A stretch of DNA of 64,000 nucleotides, from NCBI RefSeq assembly GCF_006345805.1, contig NC_043011.1:1054001-1118000 (forward strand). Direction: 5' to 3'. This stretch comes from Octopus sinensis (Eukaryota). Below are positions 39,211-51,308 of the stretch, one piece after another. The notes under the pieces were generated by a model that was not told where the DNA came from, did no database searches, and saw only the letters and a program-made list of their open reading frames with translations. A program made the position numbers and the translations under genes. How positions within the stretch are numbered: the stretch's first letter is position 1; the number at the start of each line of letters is the position of its first letter.

Positions 39211-39579
39211 TATGTGTGGGTACATATATATCGTAACTAGTTCAAATATCCTTTAGGCATATTTGAACCCATAAGAAAGCCATTCACTGTATTTTGTCAT
39301 GGAGAAAATTCCTTGCTTTTGACAAATTGGTGTAAACTTATTAAGTCAGTGTGAAGCGTGTTTAACCAGACTGAAGTGATTTGACCGAATGATTTGAACA
39401 GACTAGATGTGTTTACACCTATTTTTCTACAGTAAGAAATTTTCTTCTTGGTGAAATACTGGGAATGGCTTCATTAAGGGGCAAAAATGCCCTAAGTACG
39501 TTTGAGCTGGAAACAAGTTTGTATTGATACACATCATTTCTTACTGATTCTACTCCATATATAAATATTTGTGTGTGTG

Positions 39580-39821
<242 letters not shown>

Positions 39822-40140
39822 AACAAAGAGATGACATCAGGGAAAGCAAATGTTATGTAATGAACTTCATTAGGTTACAAATGTTTCTGCTGTAGGATGT
39901 GGTGGGTTCTTAGTTGAGAATCAAGATCACATACTATAACCTCATCAGAGCCTTGAATGTGAAGTGAACTTTATTTGGGGAAGTTACATTTTCAGAACAT
40001 GCAGGTATTATGAGTGAGTAAGTTTATGTTGATGTCTATGGAAAGTTTAGTCTCAAGGTAGAAAAAAGAATGCAAATATATGCATGTCCTTTGAGTAAAA
40101 TTAAATGGGAGATATATGGATGGACGGGCACACTTGTTCA

Positions 40141-40448
40141 TCTTTATATATAAAAGTGAGGTTGTGTGCTGTCTGTCTCCTACGACTTAGATTCCTAACT
40201 ACTCCCACATTTTGCGGTGCAGTTTAACCAAAACCGGGTATCTTATAGTCATGATTCATATCGAGCCCTTCTGGGTATTAGCGCGCGTCTACGATGAGTC
40301 TACGATTTAAAAAAAAATTTATCATCAATTTTTCCCATTTTTAATGCATTTTTGGCATATTGAGATGGCTATTATACTTTACATCTCTAAAAATGCTTAT
40401 ATAGTTATTTCCCTTACAAACCCGAGCAACGCCGGGCGATACTGCTAG
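40141..40448 (+). mobile_element. Non-autonomous Helitron
   Basis: A|TC start, subterminal hairpin cccgagcaacgccggg, CTAG|T end, no TSD. Confidence 0.88.
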
Positions 40449-41564
40449 TTGTGTATATAAAGGTAAGATCCAAGGATCAAGGTTTAGGAAGTCCTTGTGC
40501 ATGTGTCTTCTGCTACAGCCCCAGGCTGTCAAGGACTTTCTGAGTGGGTTTCATTGACAGAAATTGAAAGAAGCCTGTTTCAGTTATGTGTGTGTGTCAC
40601 TGTTGTAGTTATGCAAGCACTGCCCTTCAGTTCAAATCTTCTGTGAAAATATGTCTGGCTATGGGTATATATTTCTTTACTTGGAAGCAAGTGAGGGTTG
40701 GTGACAAGAAGGGCATTTGACTGTAGAAAATTTAATTGAATAAACTCTAACCCAACAAACATGTAAAACTGGACATTAAAATGATGATCATTATACATCA
40801 GCTTTTAGCAGGGAGCAGATGATAAATTCCTCAATATTGAAAATTCACTGAATGTATTGGCATGAAGTCACAAATCAATACACTTCAGTATCTGGCCCCT
40901 AGATGTGCTGTCTTCTTTGTTTGCATTTTTGACCACTACTATATATATATAGAGAGAGAGAGTGAGAAAGAAACAAAGAAATGACACCAGGGAAAGCAAA
41001 TGTTATGTAATGAACTTCATTAGGTTACAAATGTTTCTGCTATAGGATGTGGTGGATTCTTAGTTGAGAATCAAGATCACATACTATAACCTCATCAGAG
41101 CTGTTCTTCACAGCTGGCCAGTTGTTCTTATGTTGCTTCCATTTGGTCACTTGCATCTCTTTTATCTCTCTTCTCATCATGTATATTGCTTCCACTCACC
41201 CGGGCTCTTGTGCTAACTACCATCACTAGTCCTTTCTTACTATAACATTAGCCCCTTGGAATGATAAAATCCTCTACCTGCACATAATATTCGTATTATA
41301 ATATTCATAATATTCAAGCTGCCATCTTGCAAATTTTGAAGAACAATGTTTTGTCAATTTCACATTTAGGCAAAGTTTGCAAAGCCATAGTCATGTGCCC
41401 TTTCCTCAGATGAAACCCCTTAAAAAATACTATTGAGTGATTGTTTTCCTTCTTGTAGTTCTCACAAAATAAGTTCATTATTTACCTTGATAGATCTTCA
41501 ATGGTGGGTGTAACTAGAAGAAAATTTGGGCCTCACAGATATCATTGGATCAATGGTACTGCTG

Positions 41565-41767
41565 CTGGGCGAAATGCTTAGCGGTATTTTGTCTGCCGTT
41601 ACGTTCTGAGTTCAAATTACACCGAGGTCGACTTTGCCTTTCATCCTTTCGGAGTCGATAAATTAAGTACCAGTTACACACTGGGGTCGATGTAATCGAC
41701 TTGATCCATTTGTCTGTCCTTGTTTGTCCTCTCTGTGTTTAGCCCCTTGTGGGTAGTGAAGAAATAG
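41565..41767 (+). mobile_element. SINE family B, 5'-truncated
   Basis: Flanked by ggtactgct on both sides. Confidence 0.88.
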
Positions 41768-42385
41768 GTACTGCTAATCCATGATGGATATCATTCTTCA
41801 GAGAACTGGGAGGAATTAACTCAATCTTTTCATGATAGAGCAACCAAACAAAGTTAAACAGTGGCTGAGATCACATTCTGTATATTTCAATAAGGTTAGT
41901 GATCTGTTGTTTGGATATATCTGACAACTTCTAAGTGAGTTGAAATTGTATTATATGCTTCAGCATAGTTTCTCTTCAGTTCATTATTTCGTAAGAAGAG
42001 AAAATTGAATGTTTTCTATTTGTCTGTGCATAATTAGCTCGATTAGCTGGTTGAAGTAGATGACATTTCTCACTTGCAGTCATGTTTATATTATAGCTGA
42101 AGACAATTTCCTACTTTTACACCACTAGGAAGCTTAATCTGAGCTCATATCAACCACAGTTTTCCCTGATTAAATGCAAGGTCAGCCTTGGAAGAATTTG
42201 AATTCAGAGCTTACAGGGATGTAACTAAACATTACAAAGCATTTTGTTGATATTCTACTTATGTTTCACATTAATAATAAAGCATAATTAGTTATTTATC
42301 AGTACAAGAGCTCGCATCCAACTAGAATTGAGGGTCTCTGAACTGAGTTTCAATACTGGTACAGCTTCTTTTTACTTTCTCCAAG

Positions 42386-42444
42386 ATCAATTCCAAATGA
42401 TTAGTAAGTTCAAAGTGATTAACAACACAGATGAATTCTGTCAT
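42386..42444 (+). CDS. Candidate coding exon (DQFQMISKFKVINNTDEFCH)
   Basis: Pyrimidine tract plus aag acceptor and gtaagt donor. The frame stays open back to an alternative acceptor at 42303. Confidence 0.22.
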
Positions 42445-43796
42445 GTAAGTTATTGAAGAATACATGTTATTTGGTGCCCCATTGCAGATTTTCAGAAGTG
42501 AGCTGTGTCTAACACTTGGTATTTCTTTAGAGCTAGGCAGGTAGAGACATTTAACAATAAAGCTTTAGTAAAGGATAATTGTGTGATGGGGATGATATAA
42601 TATAGACTTTTTTGTCTTTGGTCAGTAAATATCTAATTCAGTCACCATCAGAACTCTTTCAACTGGTGAAAATGCTGAAGCACCAAACAACATAAATGAC
42701 TTTTTTATATCCTATTCAGCTTAGTCTTTGACCATTCAAATCTTCTCTGGTTGATTTTATCTTTCATCCATCCGGGGCCTATAAAAATTACTACCAAGCA
42801 TTATTCTAAGCTGAATTTCTTTCAGTCAAGTTTATCCAAATTCTGACTTTATGTTCAGTGTAAGAAATCAATATTTTTCTGGAATAAAAGGTGTGGATTT
42901 GGCTCAGTTTGTTGTTGGGCAAACTAAAACTGGCATAATTCCTAAATAAGAATTCAATATTATTTCAAATGACATGAAAAACAAAATAGCTGGATTGAAT
43001 TTCTTACTCAATATCAAGATGTCATTTGGATTCAAGCTTTCACAAACTTTCAACAGAACTTTGACAAGCTTCACTAACAATTGGTTGAAGACTGATACTT
43101 TGAGATTTTCCTGGTAATTCTTTAGTATTCTTTTATTACAGTAACCACAATTATTCTATCTATACATCTTTTTTTTCTTTTTTAGTTTATCATTCATATT
43201 TTAAATGTCTGCATAGGTGTGGCAAGATAGTTTGTATGAAATATGGAAATTTGTTTATTATTGAAGTTATTGGCACTTAATTAATTAATGAAGAAAAGCA
43301 AAATTATGTTTTCATACTAAAAAGCACAATAAAATGACTGCAGTAATCCTTTCCATAATGTCATGAATTCAATACATTAAAAACTTTCACTGGGCACAAT
43401 AAAGAAAAATTGTAATTGAAGATGTTAATGGATTTCTAAAGGCACTTGGTGCCAATTAAAATTAATTGATTACAATCTCGAACTAAAATTGGCTGCCACT
43501 CCAGCTCAGTGATAACATATCAAAGATTTATTCTTTAGCTCTTCTGGTTTGAAATTTAAGACTTCATCAGTTTGGTCATCTTGTTGCAGAGTTCACTCAC
43601 CACCTACGCAAATAAAATTTGAACCAAATAAGTACCAAATTAGTATCAAATTAATACTCAGTTGAACTTAATCAGTAATTCTTCTCCCACATAAATTTGA
43701 GGCAGTGAACCATTTTTAGAAATCAGTATTATTTAGTTACCCCAAATATTCACTTACTCGTATTTGAAAAATTAATCCTGTTTGATCCTTGCATCA

Positions 43797-44112
43797 GTCA
43801 TCATCATCATTATCATCGTTTAACGTCCGCTTTCCATGCTGGCATGGGTTGGATGATGCAGCTGGGGTCTGGGAAGCCAGAAGGCTGCACCAGGCCCAGT
43901 CTGATCTGGCAGTATTTCTACGGCTGGATGCCCTTCCTAACGCCAACCACTCCATGAGTCTAGTGGGTGCCTTTTACGTGCCACCGGCACAGGTGCCAGA
44001 CGAGGCTGGCAAACGGCCACGGTCGGATGGTGCTTTTTACGTGCCACCGGCACGGAGGCCAGTCGGGGCTGGCAACGGCCACGATCAGATGGTGCTTTTT
44101 ACGTGCCATGCT
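43797..44112 (-). mobile_element. RTE family 1 3'-UTR fragment
   Basis: (ATC)n followed by tttaacgtccgctttccatgctggc. Contains internal ~60-bp repeats. Confidence 0.88.
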
Positions 44113-44362
44113 GCTATCAAAAGTATCATGTTGCTTAAAGAGTGAATCCTTTCGACCTACTAAAAATGTTATGATAGGTTTGTTGAGAAAAGATAATAGT
44201 CGTAACAGTGGAAGTAAGGTATAAGTTTAATTGTATTTAGAGAATTTAGTTACCTTACATTTATGATCTCAATTCAAAATTATATAGTTGTGTTTTGCAT
44301 TTTATCTTTGAGCATTCAATAAAACCTAGATCAATATTATACTTGAGTCGAGGGCAACAAGC

Positions 44363-44550
44363 TGGCAAAATCATTAGCATGCTAGGCAAAATGCATACCA
44401 GCATTGCATCCATCTTCATATTCTGATTTCAAATTCTGCTGAGACCAACTTTGCTTTTCATCCTTTCAGAGTCAGTAAAATAAGTACCAGTTGATATAAT
44501 CGACTATGCCCCCTTCCCCATAATTTCTAGCTTTGTGCCAAAATTTGAAA
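44363..44550 (+). mobile_element. SINE family B, old copy
   Basis: gctggcaaaatcattagcatgc..ttcaaattc..tttcatcctttc..aagtaccag. Confidence 0.7.
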
Positions 44551-44580
44551 TAATATTATTGAGTCACTTTAATTAACAAA

Positions 44581-46673
44581 TCTATATATATAAAAGTGAA
44601 GTTGTGTGAGTGTCTGTCTCCTACGATTTAGATTCCTAACTACTCCCACATTTTGCGGTACAGTTTAACCAAATTCGGGTATCTTATAGTCGTGATTCAT
44701 ATCGAGCCCGTCTGGATATTAGCGCATGTCTATGATGAGTCTATGATTTTAAAAATAATTTACCATAATTTTTTTACATTTTAACGCATATTTTAAAAAT
44801 TTTTTCGTGTGTCGATGGCGGTGGAGTTGGCGTCCATGCTCATACCTGCACCTGTGTTGCTTCTCCCCCTTCTTCCCTCCCTCGTGAAGCTGTGGGGAAG
44901 GGAGTGTAAGGAAATCAACGTCGTAAAGCATTGTCAAGGAGACCAGCATTCTTTTAGAACAACGACTTCATGGCTTGAAGACGCCAAAACAGAAATGGCT
45001 AAGAAAGCCCGAAAGCAAATTCTACAAAATCGGGAAACATGCCACACAGGGAAGGTTTCCCGGGCAAATAATTTGCACAATCGAATGTTATAGTTGTTGC
45101 ACAACTTTTACTTAAAAAATATTATCCAAACACAAACTTTTGAAGGCAATATTGTATGGCGATGGTACTTGTGAAATATGGTAATAGATTTAGTAGCCAA
45201 AAGGAGAGAGCAGAGGCATAGTATGGTGGTGGTGGAGGCGGTGGTAGTGGCAGCGGTGGTGCTGATAGTGGTGATGGTGGTCGTCGTGTTTGTGGTGGTG
45301 GTGGTGGTGTTGTTGTTGTTGTTGGTGGTGGTCGTGGTGGTGGGGGTGGTGATGATGGTGGTAGTCGTGGTGGTCTTCGTGATGGTGGTGGTCATGGTGA
45401 TAGTGGTGATGGTGTTGGTGGTGGTGGTGGTGGTGGCTGAAGCTGTCGTCTGGGTTCTTCCAATTTTTTCGTGTGTCGGTGGCGGCGTTGGCGTTCATGC
45501 TCGCACCTGCACCTGTGTAGCTCCTCCCCTTCTTCCCTCCCTCGTGAAGCTGTGGGGAAGGCAGGGTAGGGAAATCAACGTCGTAAACCGTTGTCAAGGA
45601 GACCAGCGTTCTTTTAGAACAACGACTTCATGGCTTGAAGTCGCCAAAACAGAAATCGCTAAAAAAGCTGAAACAGATCCACAAAAACGGCAATTACCAC
45701 CACACAGGGCAGGTTTCCTGTGCAAACAATTTGCACAACCGAATGTTTTAGTTGTTGCACAAATCTATATATATAAAACTCTAGTTGTGTGAGTGTCTGT
45801 CCCCTTCGATTTAGATTCCTAACTCCTCCCACATTTTGCGGTGCAGTTTAACCAAATTCGGGTATCTTATAGTCGTGATTCATATTGAGTCCGTCTGACT
45901 ATTAGCGCATGTCAACGATGAGTCTACGATTTTAAAAATAATTTAACATAATTTTTTATTCCATTTTAATGCATAAAATGCATCGTATGTCGATGGCGGC
46001 GGAGTTGGCGTCCACGCTCACAGCTGCACCTGTTTGCTTCTCCCCCTTCCCTCCCTCGTGAAGCTGTGGGGAAGGGAGTGTAAAGAAATCAACGTCGTAA
46101 TGCGTTGTGAAGGAAACCAGCGTTCTTTTAGAACAACGACTTCATGGCTTGAAGACACCAAAACAAAAATGGCTAAGAAAGCCCGAATTTATAAGGGAAG
46201 TAACTCTCTAAAAATGCTTATATAGTTATTTCCCTTACAAACCCGAGCAACGCCGGGCGATACTGCTAGTCTTATATATATATAAAAGTGAAGTTGTGTG
46301 AGTGTCTGTCTCCTACGATTTAGATTCCTAACTACTCCCACATTTTGCGGTGCAGTTTAACCAAAACCGGGTATCTTATAGTCGTGATTCATATCGAGCC
46401 CTTCTGGGTGTTAGCGCACGTCTACGATGAGTCTCCAATTTTAAAAAAATTTACCATCATTTTTTTCATTATAATGCATTTTTTCGCTATTATATAAGGG
46501 AAGCAACTCTCTAAAAATGTCTACGATGAGTCAACGATTTAAAAAAAAAATTACCATAATTTTTTATTCCATTTTTAATGCCTTTATTTGCTATTTTTTT
46601 GCTATAACTCTCTAAAAATGCTTATATAGTTATTTCCCTTATAAATCCGAGCAACGCCGGGCGATACTGCTAG
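44581..46673 (+). mobile_element. Helitron concatemer (5' ends at 44581, 45764 and 46270; 3' CTAG ends at 46269 and 46673)
   Basis: Three tc(t)atatatataaaa..gttgtgtgagtgtctgtc starts and two hairpin+CTAG ends. The junction at 46266-46271 reads ctag|tc. An internal ~200-bp unit is repeated three times and a (GGT)n tract lies at 45220-45440. Confidence 0.85.
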
Positions 46674-46882
46674 TTTTCTATAAAAATTAACTTTGTAATT
46701 AGTAAAATGGCCATTATAAAAATAAAGAAAATACAAATGAAGCGTGGGGGTTTTATTTTCTCTCCCTTATAGTAAAGTGCTGCTAAAATGTACAAAATTT
46801 CAATTAATTTCTATAAGTAATCTGTCAGTGTTTGATTGAAGATAAATACTAATTAGGACATTTTTATTATGAAAATTAATCT

Positions 46883-47814
46883 ACCATATCTCAAAGATAG
46901 GTAATTAGTCTATAATTTATGAACATTGTAAGATTATGAAGTTAATAACTATCATAAGTTCTAATCTGAATAAAACTTTACGCATGCTTATAGACTGAAA
47001 TAATAGAGTAGCAGATGTTAAAGATGCAGTCAAGATATTGTTAAGAACAGACACTTTATAAATTTATCAAGTTAAATAAGTATAGGCACAGGAGTGGCTG
47101 TGTGGTAAGTAGCTTGCTTACCAACCACATGGTTCCGTGTTCAGTCCCACTGTGTGGGACCTTGGGCAAGTGTCATCTACTATAGCCTCGGTCCGACCAA
47201 AGCCTTGTGAGTGGATTTGGTAGACGGAAACTGAAAGAAGTCCGTCGTATATATGTATATATATCACACGTGATCACGTGACCGACCAGACCATCAGATG
47301 TTGTTACACATCGCTGGTCACAATGCGTTCGCATTGTTTTAGCCTTCGAATGATGCCACCCTGCTGGCTAAGCGAGCAGGCCAACAGAAGAAAGAGTGGT
47401 GAAAGAGTACAGAAGGGATAACCACCCCCTGCCGGAGCCTCATGGAGCTTTTAGGTGTTTTCGCTCAATAAACACTCACAACGCCCGGTCTGGGAATTGA
47501 AACCGCGATTCTGCGACCGAGAGTCTGCTGCCCTAACCACTAGGCCATTGCGCCTCCATGTGTGTGTATATACATATATATATACAAAGGTGGCGAGCTG
47601 GTAGAAACGTTAGCACGCCGGGCGAAATTCGTAGCCGTATTTCGTCTGTCGTTACGTTCTGAGTTCAAATTCCGCCGAGGTCGAATTTGCCTTTCATCCT
47701 TTCGGGGTCGATAAATTAAGTACCAGTTACGCACTGGGGTCGATGTAGTCGACTTAATCCCTTTGTCTGTCCTTGTTTGTCCCCTCTGTGTTTAGCCCCT
47801 TGTGGGTAGTAAAG

Positions 47815-47868
<54 letters not shown>

Positions 47869-48300
47869 GTGTATGTATATGTTTGTGTGTCTGTGTTAGT
47901 CCCCCCAACATTGTTTGACAACTGATGCTGGTGTGTTTATGTCCCCATAACTTAGCGGTTCGGCAAAAGAGACCGATAGAATAAGTACTAGGCTTACAAA
48001 GAATAAGTTCTGGGGTTGATTTGCTCGACTAAAAGGCGGTGCTCCAGCATGGCCACAGTCAAATAACTGAAACAAGTAAAAGAGTAAAAGAGTAAAGAGT
48101 ACCATCTCTCAAAGATAGGTAATTAGTTTATAATTTATGAAAATTGTAAGATTATAAAGTTAATAAATATCATAAGTTCTAATTTTAATAAAACTTTATG
48201 CATGCTTATAGACTGAAATAATAGAGTAGCAGATGTTAAAGATGCAATCAAGATATTGTTAAGAACAGACACTTTATAAATTTATCAAGTTAAATAAGTA
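46883..48300. repeat. 200-bp direct repeats (46883-47082 and 48101-48300) flanking a nested SINE block
   Basis: Manual alignment shows 9 substitutions and no indels. Confidence 0.92.
47083..48100 (+). mobile_element. SINE family A split by nested family C (47263-47558, minus) and family B (47590-47818, plus)
   Basis: Family A head at 47083-47250 and tail half at 47880-48100. The other two SINEs sit in its TA linker. Confidence 0.9.
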
Positions 48301-48409
48301 TTTACTAATTTTATCCTGGCATGTGGGAAACAAGATTTCACTTCTAAGTCTTGTAAGAATATAGGCTGATGTGAATACTGGAAGATGTTACGTTAATAAT
48401 GATCATTGT

Positions 48410-48650
48410 CACATCCTCATCATGATTGTCATGCACATCATATGATGGCTACTTTTATAACTGTCACAATTTAACCTGCTGAAATCATGAGTAATAACAT
48501 TATCAAGAACAAGATGATCATCATGAACACAGCCATCAAAATAACTGTAATCATCATGATTGTCAATGTTATCTTTGTCATCATCACCATGATTTCTGTA
48601 ATAATCATCATGATACTGATTGTGCTCAAAGTTATCTTCATGATCTTCCT
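48410..48650. repeat. Degenerate (ATC)n tract
   Basis: atc-rich low-complexity sequence. Confidence 0.75.
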
Positions 48651-48652
48651 TA

Positions 48653-49049
48653 TCTTTATATATAAAAGTGAGGTTGTGTGCTGTCTGTCTCCTACGATTT
48701 AGATTCCTAACTACTCCCACATTTTGCGGTGCAGTTTAACCAAAACCGGGTATCTTATAGTCGTGATTCATATCAAGCCCTTCTGGGTATTAGCGCACAT
48801 CTACGATGAGTCTACGATTTAAAAAAATATTTACCATCAATTTTTCCCATTTTTAATGCATTTTTGGCATATATAAGGGAAGTAACTCTCTAAAAATTTA
48901 TTATTAAATCTCAGAACGTAAAAAGCTACAGTAACCCCCCCCCCTTTGTGGTTAGCCATATTAAGATGGCTATTATACTTTACATCTCTAAAATTGCTTA
49001 TATAGTTATTTCCCTTACAAACCCGAGCAACGCCGGGTGATACTGCTAG
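48653..49049 (+). mobile_element. Non-autonomous Helitron
   Basis: A|TC start, cccgagcaacgccggg hairpin, CTAG|T end. Confidence 0.88.
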
Positions 49050-49106
49050 TTATTAATATTCTAAATTGTTAAAGGTTGAGCAAGAGATGAACAAGACCAG
49101 TACACA

Positions 49107-49555
49107 GTATAGGCGCAGGAGTGGCTGTGTGGTAAGTATAGGCACAGGAGTGGCTGTGTGGTAAGTAGCTTGCTAACCAACCACATAGTTCTGGGTTCAG
49201 TGCCACTGTGTGGCATCTTGGGCAAGTGTCTTCTGCTATAGCCTCGGGCCAACCAAAGCTTTGTGAGTGGATTTGGTAGATGGAAACTGAAAGAGGCCTG
49301 TCGTATATATATATATATATATATATGTATGCGTGCGTGTGTTTGTGTATCTGTGTTTGTCCCCCTAGCATTGCTTGACAACCGATGCTGGTGTGCTTAT
49401 ATCCCCGTAACTTAGCGGTTCGGCAAAAAGAAACCAATAGAATAAGTACTAGGCTTACAAAGAATAAGTCCCGGGGTCGATTTGCTCGACTAAAGGCGGT
49501 GCTCCAGCATGGCTGCAGTCAAATGACTGAAACAAGTAAAAGAGTAAAAGAGTCA
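49107..49555 (+). mobile_element. SINE family A with duplicated 29-bp 5' end
   Basis: gtataggc(g/a)caggagtggctgtgtggtaa occurs twice, at 49107 and 49136. Confidence 0.9.
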
Positions 49556-50329
49556 GTAATAATTTTCATGTGTGTTGCTACAATATTCTATTATAATTCA
49601 TTCTATTATGCAACTGACCTTTTCTATATGAAAATAGTTTGAAGAAGGCCTTATTCTTGAAGTGAATCACAAATCTACTATCCCACCACTTATATATGTT
49701 GGTTTAATATTATTTATATAAAATGAAGTCTAAATTATTAGATAACTTATGATACTTTTCATTCCATATCACTGTTTATAGTTAACTGTATAAAGGACAG
49801 CAGAAGATTGGTTACTTAGAAGAACGCTGTTTCAGAATGGTGGTAAATTTCAAGCAAGCTTAATTGCGAGATGTAAATTCAGTTCCACTTGAACCACATC
49901 ACATCACATCATTTATTCCTCAGAGCTGTAATTCCTTGAAATAGTCAAGCAACTAAAGAGACATGAACTTCAATAAACTGCTTTACTTATAACACTGTTT
50001 GAAACTGTTTGAAATGCTGAGTAGGTTCATTTGATTATGCATGTCCTTTTCAAAAGAAATATCACCATTGAAAACTGATTGTTAGGAAGTTTCTCAAGTC
50101 ACATTCCTAGTAATAACTTCTTATAATTCTCTTCTGGTGTCACTTTAACTCCAGTTAAACTCTTTAGGATAAGAATTGAAAACATTTTCTGAAGGAACGT
50201 GAAAAAAGGCATTACAAATAAATATTGGACGTAGTCAGTCCACGTGTGCATACCTTCCTTCTTGTGACACTTGTGAAGACCTGTTGAGGCAAGTGAAAAT
50301 CAAATCAAATCAAATCAAACCAAATCAAA

Positions 50330-50819
50330 ATAGATGAACATCAATGGAATTTGTATCCTTGTGGTACCAGTGGCGGTGGCACATAAGAAAACCATCCGAA
50401 CGTGGCCGTAGCCAGTACCGCATTGACTGGCCTCCGTGCTGTGGGCACGTAACAAACACCATCCGATCGTGGCCGTTCGCCAGCCTCGTCTGGCACCTGT
50501 GTCGGTGGCACATAAAAAACACCATCCGAGCGTGGCCGTCTGCCAGCCTCGTCTGGCACCTGTGTCAGTGGCACATAAAAAACACCATCCGAGCATGGCC
50601 GTCTGCCAGCCTCGTCTGGCACCTGTATCGGTGGCACATAAAATCACCCACTACACTCTCGGAGTGGTTGGCGTTAGGAAGGGCATCCAGCTGTAGAAAC
50701 ACTGCCAGATCTGACTGGCCTGGTGCAGCCTTCGGGCTTGCCAGACCCCAGTTGAACCGTCCAACCCATGCTAGCATGGAAAGCGGACGTTAAACGATGA
50801 TGATGATGATGATGATGAT
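50330..50819 (+). mobile_element. RTE family 1 3' UTR with 63-bp tandem units and (GAT)n tail
   Basis: gcacataaaa recurs at 50508, 50571 and 50634. Ends ggacgttaaacgatgatgat. Confidence 0.9.
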
Positions 50820-51028
50820 ATCACCCTTGAGTTTTCAAAATGAGTATTCAAAATTAACTACTAAATTTTTCTAGAAAAAGTTTTATTATTACAGAGATGT
50901 ACTTGCATAGCGAGTGACTTGATCTGAGATCGTGTGCTGGAACGAAAACAATTGCAGCATGGAAGGTGTTTATAAGTCATTTAAGAAACACACAAAACTG
51001 TTAGATTCACTTCAACATTTAAATTTAA

Positions 51029-51079
51029 TTTGTCAAAATATTTTCATCGCTTTGAGACCGCGACCTGTTCACTGACAAA
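51029..51079 (-). ncRNA. Candidate minimal type-I hammerhead ribozyme with variant core
   Basis: Minus strand reads UUUGUCA-GUGAACA-G-GUCGC(GGUCUCAAA)GCGAU-GAAA-A(UA)U-UU-UGACAAA: 7-bp stem I, 5-bp stem II and a palindromic mini stem III. The core has G3/C8 instead of C3/G8. Confidence 0.55.
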
Positions 51080-51308
51080 GCCTCGTGCTATTGTTTTCTT
51101 CATGGAGCAGTGGATTGGTAAAATTAGTAGTCTAGTGGTATTTTGTCACATCTCTTTACATTCAGAGTTAAAATCTCAATAAGATGAATTTTGCTTTTCA
51201 TCATTCTGAAGTTAATAAAGCATCAGCAAAATACTAAGGTGAATTTAAGTGATTGTCCTTACCTGTTTTGTTTTACATATGTTCGTTTTGTCATAAAATT
51301 TCTGAGTT

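Noticed and set aside
39941-39950. CTGATGAG on minus (also at 41091) as a canonical hammerhead core
   Set aside because: No stem II closing onto GAAA and no stem I/III arrangement could be built.
39896-40004. CUB-like exon GCGGFLVENQDHIL
   Set aside because: All three frames stop within about 45 nt, and the stop is present in both repeat copies.
45178-45792. 204-aa Val-rich ORF and antisense His-rich ORF
   Set aside because: They are produced by a (GGT)n tract inside the Helitron array.
50390-50645. Regular repeats as a CRISPR-like array
   Set aside because: The units are contiguous 63-mers without unique spacers, inside a LINE 3' UTR in a eukaryotic context.
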